Positions 1 to 7,700 of a stretch of DNA of 29,483 nucleotides are shown piece after piece. Under the pieces are notes generated by a model. The model saw only the letters and a program-made list of their open reading frames with translations. It ran no database searches and had not been told where the DNA came from. A program made the position numbers and the translations under genes. The DNA comes from Craspedostauros australis (Eukaryota): contig JALAGF010005434.1 in NCBI GenBank assembly GCA_030167865.1, positions 62,001 to 91,483 on the forward strand, in the 5' to 3' direction. Numbering within the stretch: the stretch's first letter is position 1; each line of letters begins with the position of its first letter.

Positions 1-1422
1 TTCATCTCCCTACTTCTCTTTGGACTTGTAGATATCAGCACATCCAACACCGATACGTGCACCGACATTTCCAACTGGGGAGTGCAGCAATTTAGTGACG
101 GAGCCTCCATCGATTGCGACTATTTTTCGAAGAACCAGACGGATTGGTTCGAGCGGTGCAAAGCATCGTGCTCATTCGACGCGGATCCATCCACGGGCCA
201 CACGGCGTGCAGCGCATGTTGCAATTGCGGAGGCGGGCAGCTACCGGATCGCAAGGAGCTGACCACGACGATGGCGGGGTCCATTCGCTCCATCCGCTTC
301 GGGTATGGCTTCATGTTCACGGTGGAAGCCAAGAACCAATCCATCCTGGTCGAGAACATTGCATCATCCTACCACAACCAGCTCACATCGGCCTCCGCTG
401 ACGTGTGGGCCAGGCCTGGGAAGATTGACCCGTTTGGGGAAGAATCGGTTGACCAATGGACGCTTCTTTGCGACAGCTGCCGGTTCAACATCCTCGGCGT
501 CGGATGGCGGGGATTTCCGGACTACGAGGATTTCTCCCCCATTGTCGTGCCCGCTGGAACCTTCATGTCATTCTACGTCTGGACGGGGAATTGGAACTCG
601 ATCCAAGTCAACGAGACCGAGGCGACGAACGTCATCCGAGAAAACGAGGACCTCGCGATACGAGCCGCGTGCATCACAACCGTCGAGGCAAACACCCCAC
701 CTTCGCCGTATCCCTACTTCAACATGGTTAAAACTTGCACGGACTTCAACTACTGGATGGGTTCCGTGATCTACACTCTCTCGGAGCCGTCGGAACAGCC
801 ATCCACCATTCCGAGCCAAGCTCCGTCTCTGCCGCCGTCAGCAGCGCCATCGATGGCAACCACAAGTCCGACTGGCTCACCCTCCGCCATTCCATCGCAG
901 CAACCGTCTGCGGTTCCAACCACCACCAAGAGCTCCCAGCCATCCACAAAGCCGTCGACGATGCCGTCGGTGTCTCCGAGTTCGCAGCCGTCCATCAATC
1001 CTTCTCCCATCCCGTCGCAATTGCCAACCCTTGCTCCAACCACGAATTCACCCTCCCAAGCACCGTCGCAGGCGCCATCCACAAGCCCAAGTGTCCCGCC
1101 AAGCGCATCGGTGACACCGACATCGGGGCACCCATCGACCAATCCTTCACAGGAACCAAGCGTGGCTCCCACAACGTCCGAGTCGTTGGAGCCATCGTCA
1201 AGCCCGACTGTGGGGTCTTCCAACCCCACGACATCGCAGGAAGGATCCAATCCCCCGTCAATGTCGCCATCGTCTCTACCAACGACCAGTTCTACTAGTA
1301 CGGCGAACTTGGGTACCGCGGCGCCAACATCGGCAGCGCCCGGAATCCGCCCTTCAAGAGTCGCCGCGGCGGCGCTGACCGCTCTTGCAGTTGCTGTGGG
1401 ATGCGGATTCGCGCTCTTGTGA
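1..1422 (+). CDS. Secreted/cell-surface glycoprotein: Cys-rich module, globular domain, Pro/Ser/Thr mucin stalk and C-terminal GPI-like signal (5' end outside window)
   Basis: Frame is open from base 1 (FISLLLFGLVDISTSNTDTCTDISNWGVQQ...); alternatively a splice acceptor TAG at 29-31 follows a pyrimidine tract. Cys module CTD..W...C.Y...C...A..ACC.CGGG; ~190 aa of PSxxP repeats; terminal TSAAP + spacer + hydrophobic VAAAALTALAVAVGCGFALL; stop TGA 1420-1422. Confidence 0.85.
   Translation, partial: FISLLLFGLVDISTSNTDTCTDISNWGVQQFSDGASIDCDYFSKNQTDWFERCKASCSFDADPSTGHTACSACCNCGGGQLPDRKELTTTMAGSIRSIRFGYGFMFTVEAKNQSILVENIASSYHNQLTSASADVWARPGKIDPFGEESVDQWTLLCDSCRFNILGVGWRGFPDYEDFSPIVVPAGTFMSFYVWTGNWNSIQVNETEATNVIRENEDLAIRAACITTVEANTPPSPYPYFNMVKTCTDFNYWMGSVIYTLSEPSEQPSTIPSQAPSLPPSAAPSMATTSPTGSPSAIPSQQPSAVPTTTKSSQPSTKPSTMPSVSPSSQPSINPSPIPSQLPTLAPTTNSPSQAPSQAPSTSPSVPPSASVTPTSGHPSTNPSQEPSVAPTTSESLEPSSSPTVGSSNPTTSQEGSNPPSMSPSSLPTTSSTSTANLGTAAPTSAAPGIRPSRVAAAALTALAVAVGCGFALL
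772..1330 (+). repeat. Coding low-complexity PSxxP (Pro/Ser/Thr) repeat tract
   Basis: Translation SEPSEQPSTIPSQAPSLPPSAAPS...PSMSPSSLPT. Confidence 0.9.
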
Positions 1423-2445
1423 GATATGATAGAATGTTGGCAACTAATTTATGCCAAACCCCTTGGGCGCCAAGTGCACTCCAAACCAAGCGGAAGGCAA
1501 CGAAAAGAGACGAGACGAATCGAAATAAGATGAAGTGAAATAAACTAAACTAACTAAAATAAAACAAATTGGAAGAGTACAAAGCGAGAGGAACCGAGGG
1601 GCCTCTGCCTTTGCTTGGATGGGCCTTGCAGCGATCTCGCACGCCAGTGACCGTACGTCCTATTCTCTTCGAGTTGCTCGTGCATGGTGGCAGCGTTTCC
1701 GTGACCATCGCGCCAAAACAAACTGGTGCAAGGATCCATCCAGTTGCGACGCAAGATGAGCTGCCGAACCCATCAATCTCGGATGGGTGCAACCTTACTG
1801 AAAACTGTGATGTCGCTGCGGGATGTCCAGCTTTGTCCAAACGACCTGAAGCGACGACAGAGATGAAGTGTGGGACTTCGGCGATTCACAACGAAAAGCG
1901 CAACGGTGACTGGACACGTTTCGCAATGACCAGCACAGGAAAGATCTTCGTACCGGTCGTGATCTGACAGTCTATTTATTGGACCATCGCCAACGCTGTG
2001 AGCAACAATTATGTCCACGTTGCCATGTGCAAATGATACACCATTGGAATGTTGCATTCCGCAATAACACACACACTTCGTGAGGATCTGCTGCATACTG
2101 CGATTAGGTATGTAGTCTGGTACCAGTGGGACAGTGAAGACGGGTTATCTCTTGGCGCAGCAATACTATTAATGTCGCACCAGCCGCCACCATCGACAGG
2201 TCTACCAAATGGACACCCATCGATACGATGACATTCGGAATTTGTGGACTGGTGGACACCACTGGAGTACCATTTGTTGCCGCACCGAGGCAGTCGCCCA
2301 TCCGCTACACGGGATGAATGCTTCCCCAGCCCCTACATCATGCATGTCGGCACTGTTCAATGTAGCTCGTGCGAGTATGGTAAGCACGATGCTCTCTGTG
2401 CAGGAAGACCAAGTTGGGCACTGCGATTGCCTATCTTCTCCTCCC

Positions 2446-2495
2446 CCTGTGCCTGCGCCTGTGCCTGCGCCTGTGCCTCCCTCTCTCTCTCTCTC
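2446..2495. repeat. Minisatellite (CCTGTGCCTGCG)x~2.7 followed by (CT)n
   Basis: cctgtgcctgcg cctgtgcctgcg cctgtgcct at 2446-2478; ctctctctctctctc at 2481-2495. Confidence 0.9.
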
Positions 2496-2813
2496 AAGCG
2501 CAAGTGGCAGAAGCAGCAGTACAGCATACATGACTCCGTGCCATGCCTCCATACTCTACCCAACAGGAAGAAGCCATTCCCCGTCATCGTTCCGAATCAG
2601 ATCTCACAAAAAGAAGGCACTCAACGATCACAAGCACAAGCCACCAACTATCTATCATATCTGCCAACATAATAAGGACCTGAACATCGACGCACCTCAG
2701 CGTTCATTGACAACGCCTCCGCACAAAAAGACATCACATTCCACACGTCTCCAACCCAGCACAATCCTCCTCCGTTCCATTATATTCGTTTACGCAAGCA
2801 AACCACATCAAAG

Positions 2814-4569
2814 ATGGCGACCCGCCTGAACGAAGGATCTGACGACGATCTCTACATCGTCCCAGAAGCATTCGTCTACCACTACGACAAGATATCCCAA
2901 TATGGGTGGTTCACCATCAGCTTGCTTTTGGCGACCTGGGCATTCGCCAACGGCGTCGACATGGTTATGCAAAAGACCGAGTACCTGGACATCGGCAAGA
3001 AGTACAAACTCCTCGCGGTCGACAAGAGGAAGAACACAGTCACCTACGTCGTGCAGATCGTCATGACGACGGTTGCCCTCATCTGTCAGATCTACGGCGG
3101 GTGGGAGGTCGTCTTCCAATTCAAGGACGAGACGAGTGGTCCCCGCACGGATTGGTTCGTCCTCGCCGTCCAGATCTTCGCCGTCTTGTACGTGTGGGAG
3201 ATCCTCTACCGCCTCTCGATTGGGCTGCCGTTGCTCATTCATCATCTCATGGCACTTCTCGTCACTCAGCTCGGAGCTGCGGCACTTTTGGACACCGGCG
3301 ACATGTTCTATACTCGGTTGCTGTGCTTATTCGGACTGCATGGGACGACGGAACAACTCAGGTAAGGAAATGCGCCCTTCAACAGCAATGCAGTGCTCTA
3401 TTTTGCAATGTCGCAGTCGGTAATGCCGAGCTGGTTACTGCGGCGAAGCCATTCTACCAGAAGTGCACACCATGGATTCGATGATCGATACTGACACTGC
3501 TACTTCCACTCGCCTTCCTTTCCATTGATCTATCTCAACACGGCCACACCTGCTTCTATTCTTAATACTGTTCTGCTGGACGAATGCAATGACGATTTCC
3601 AGTTTCATCTCACTCTTCGTGTTCAGACTCGATCTGTTCCCATCCTGGCAGGCCACTCTGTTTTATGTTTCCGCGGTCCAGACGCTGGTGTTCAAGCTTG
3701 CGCTCACAGCCGCAATCACAGCTCTGGTGATCTCCGAGGCATGTATCGACTACGAGACGGATGGAATGGGATGGCTGTGGTTCTGGAGGATCGCGTACTT
3801 TCCCATCACAATCCCTCTCCTCGGATCTCAGTTGTACGCAGTGAAAATTTTGTTCGCACTGGGCGAAAGGTGCCAGGAAATGGCGGAGGACGATGCATCT
3901 AACGAAGCCAGCGACAAAGAGGATGGGGAGAGCATCGAGGATATCGAGGAGGGTAGCGTCAAGCCGGAGTCGGCCGACTTTACTTGCATTGATCGACAGG
4001 ATGACGACATCGCTCCAGCCGGCGTCTCCGCCAAGACAGGACGACAGAGTACTCGCATCTCCAAGCGCGTCAGCAGGGAGCGACGTCGCCGAGAGTCCAA
4101 TATCACCCTTGCATCCTACGAGAGCTCAGCTCCGCTGGAGCAAATTATACTGGATGACTTCAGTGCCCAGCTGTCCATCAGATTGGCCGAGGCCCGGAGC
4201 AGTCTCTCCGTTGTTCCTGCCCAGAGGAGCACATCAAGTGGTAGGAGAAAGCGCCGGCCCACATTCGAAATCGCAAGGGCGCTGTCGCAACTGGAGATGG
4301 AACTTGGTATGGAAATGGAAGTCGGTGAGGATGATTCTGAGGCCCTCTGTGAGCAAAGCGTCGGAGATGATATGTTCCAAGGACATCTGACCTCATCAGA
4401 GCTTGCTCATGTTGAAAGCCTGTTTTTGGCAGACGATGTAGAGCCAGCCAACGACACAGACAACGTCTCCCGGCTTTCTACCATCTCAGACGCCGAGGAA
4501 AGTGCAGATTCCACCACGAAGTCAGCCACCAGCTCTGGCAAGGCAGCAGACGTTGTTGTACCACAATGA
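2814..4569 (+). CDS. Polytopic membrane protein, TLC (TRAM/LAG1/CLN8)-like, paralog 1; exons 2814-3361 and 3603-4569 (504 aa)
   Basis: Donor AG|GTAAGG at 3361/3362 and acceptor TTCCAG| at 3602; the phase-2 join restores the frame (...TTEQLS FISLFVFRL...), total 1515 nt. Several hydrophobic helices and LYVWEILYR...LLIHH (His-His as in TLC domains). Paralog at 14390-16147 has the same exon-1 length. Confidence 0.85.
3362..3602 (+). other. Spliceosomal intron (241 nt, phase 2)
   Basis: GTAAGG...TTTCCAG; joins two ORFs in frame; same position as the intron in the paralog. Confidence 0.88.
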
Positions 4570-4616
4570 TTATAGCGTATTTAACTATGCGCCGAAGGCG
4601 CTTTCTTGCCGCCTCG

Positions 4617-4622
4617 TTTATT
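4617..4622 (-). terminator. Candidate AATAAA polyadenylation signal in the element 3' UTR
   Basis: TTTATT on the + strand, ~110 nt past the ORF2 stop and ~30-40 nt from the candidate 3' end. Confidence 0.4.
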
Positions 4623-4732
4623 CTGCATGCATCATACAGCGGGAACGGAGAGTGTGGAAATGTAGTCAGCAGAAGTGACCGTCAAGGCTGAGCCTGGTAC
4701 GAGCTGCGCGGTCACAGCAAGCCTGTGCGACG

Positions 4733-7700
4733 TCAGTTGGCAACGGAAGGAGTGGAAGATGCAGGTAGACCTCGACCAGCAGGTTCGTGCCTCTCTGGTT
4801 GCGAGACCAGCCGCCGCATCCATGCGGTTTGAGCTACAGGAACTGTGGCCGCGACATGGGGCATGGCGCGCAGCATGGTGAGCAACCACTCTGCTTGCCT
4901 AGGCGCCGTTGTCGGGGTTTGCCTGGCGAGCTGGCGGAGGTGCGGAGGAAATGACGTCAAGGGCAGCTCCCGGAGCGCCTGGAAGTAAGAATGCAGGCGC
5001 TGAGACATGAAGTCTTGCCGTTCCCCGTCGTGTAGAGTACTGTTCCGGTCTGCCCATTGCTGCAACGCCATGTGCCACAGCTCGTGGGTGACCTCCGTCT
5101 GCCAGTCAGTCTGCTTTCGCCGGCGGGAGACAGGCGGAGGGCTAGGGCTGTGAGCGGCCCATGCAACGGACCACGCACCCCAGATGAGTCCATCCCAACC
5201 CACGCCGTGCTGGGCTCGCTCGATGTCGTACGTGGATGTGCGCCGGATCCCTTGTGGCGGAGAGCCTCCTTGCTTCAAGACTCGCAAGGCCTTGACCAGA
5301 AGTTGGGCTGCATCCCGGCGGACCCTGGGGGGCTGAATGATGGCCTGAATGCGCTGGATGCTCGCATCCCATATGGCTTGGCTAGCGGGACTCTTGCATT
5401 GAACCACATGGAGATTGTCCTCCGGCCGTCCGCACCGGGGGCAGGTGCCATCGTTCGTCAGCAGGCGACGGCACATGTTGCGACCGGAGGCGGCGTTGCC
5501 CGACGCGAGCTTGAGCAGTGCCCGCCTCTTGCCTCCTTTCCATCTTGCGGATGCCTTGTGCATCGGCGCCCAGTCGACCTGGGATCCCTCGGTCGTTCCC
5601 CAACGCTGGCGCCACTTGCGCCGCAGGTCGGCTGCAGCAGACGTCTGAGCCACCGTCGCGTAGCTGGCGTCCAACAAGAACCCTGCAGGCGTCCTAACCA
5701 CCCACCCCTTCGACAACGGAGTCCCTGCGACAGCTCCCCACGCGCCAGACAGATCAATGTCCTGCCAATGCCCTCCTGCCTCGCGGTCGGCCACCACATT
5801 TAGCACCTCCCAGGGGGACAGCGCGTGGCCTGACCTGGCATCCGCATGGCCCTTCACATGTTGGACCGTGAACTTGATTTCTGAGCGTTGCAGCATGTGC
5901 TGTATCTCTTGGCGTAGGTCGTAGTCATGGTCCTCGGGTGTCAGGAGTTGTGCTGGGGCACTCGAGCGGATGGCCTGCATATTGTCACACGCAATGGTGA
6001 CGGAGCCGGTGACTTGGGACCACCCTGCAAATGCCAGCAGGAACTGCATGGTGGCCAGCACACCCGCTGTCTCGGCGCGGTTGGAGTTCATGACGTGGGA
6101 TCCTGCTGGAACCCCGGAGCGGATAATGATGCCGGCTTGAGGATCGAGAAGATCGTCTTGGATGACTGCCGCTGCGGCGCCTCGCTGGGTCTTGGCTGAC
6201 GCATCACAGCACGCCACACATCTGCCACTCGCGATGGCTTCCGCGAGCACCCGGCTGGAGCCTGTGATGCGCACTTGCTGCAGCATTGCGTTGGCGAGCC
6301 CACCAATTTTCCGGATGTGCTCCCGCAGCGTCACTGCTGGGGGCTGCAGGGCGGCCTTGCCCAGCGAGTGAACGATCAAGGACCCTCGGTGCATGCTCAC
6401 ATCGGCTCCTGCGATTCCCCGATACTTGCGGCAGCGGTACTCCACGTTGGGCTCTCTCGCCTCCGGTTGTCCTTGCCCTTGGAGCTGCAGGCAGCCGCGC
6501 TGATCTTGTCTCGCCTTGAATCGTCGCAGGTCATGCCACAGCCCCATAGGCCTTGCCAGCTGCATGCCCGGTCGATCTGTCGCCAACAGCGAAATGAGAA
6601 GGCGGTCCCAAGACTCCCACGAATGCCTGGAAGGCTTGGCTACCCGGGGCCAGTGGAGGCCGTCGCTCAGCCTGCTCACTTCCCGCCGCTGCTGGACGCT
6701 GGGGTGGATGTCTGTGCCGGCTGCATTGCATATGTCCGACACCCAGAGGGCACGGAGGTGTATGCGCACCGCGTTGGCCTTGCGGAGCTCGGCGTCTTCC
6801 TCGGATGCTGCCGCGAACAACTCCATGATGGGAGCATCTCCATCGCGTGGCGGGGTCAGGCCTGGCGCTATCTGATGCATTGACATCCCCAGCTGTCGGG
6901 TCATGTCAAAGGTGCTCGTCCACCAGGTTTGGTGCGTCCACCGACGCCACCGTGAATACTGCTGCTGCAGCCGCGCGGGAACGCCGGACCACAGCTGGAG
7001 CTGGAGGAGTGATGCCCGCAGCAGCCTACCCGTCGTCGTGGGGGACTCAAAATGCCGCCATATCAGCGCCAGGTGCGCCTTGCACTGCGTGGTGTACAGA
7101 TGAGGCACAGCGAGACCGTTCAGGTGCCGGGGCCCGTGGACATACGGCCTCGCCATGGTCCGGGCAATGCCCATGTGCGGGAGAGCCGTCATCAGGGCCG
7201 GGCGCATGATACTCTCGCACTGGCTGCGCGTTAACGTGGTGGCGGCCAGGGAGTACTCCAGTGCAGGCCACAGCACCGACTTGAGGGCAATCTCCGTGTC
7301 CTGCCGGGTAATTCTCGCCGACTGTATGTGGCTGGCCCACTCTGCGGCTTTGGCTTGCAGGTACGCTGCGTGGTCGCTCTGGCCGCCGTCACGGCGTGAC
7401 ATCATGCCAAGGTACTTATTGGCCGCGTCGACAGGCACATGTCTCAGGACTTGGCGCGTCCCATCTTCCCGGCGCATGCAGATATCCTGTGGTTGTGCCT
7501 TCTTGTCGTACTGCCACCTGCTGTTGCCCCACTTGAACTTGACCAATTGCCAAAAGCTCTTCTCCGGTGCGAGGCATCCGCCTGACGCCGTGAGCATGCC
7601 CTCCCACGCAGACACCACCTGCTGAAACTCCCTTGTCTGTGCTTGAGTGTTGCTCGCACGCAGGGAGTGCACGAGGTTGGTGTCGTCCACGTACGCGAAG

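Noticed and set aside
1500..2813. Short ORFs upstream of paralog 1
   Set aside because: No coding signature; partly built from microsatellites.
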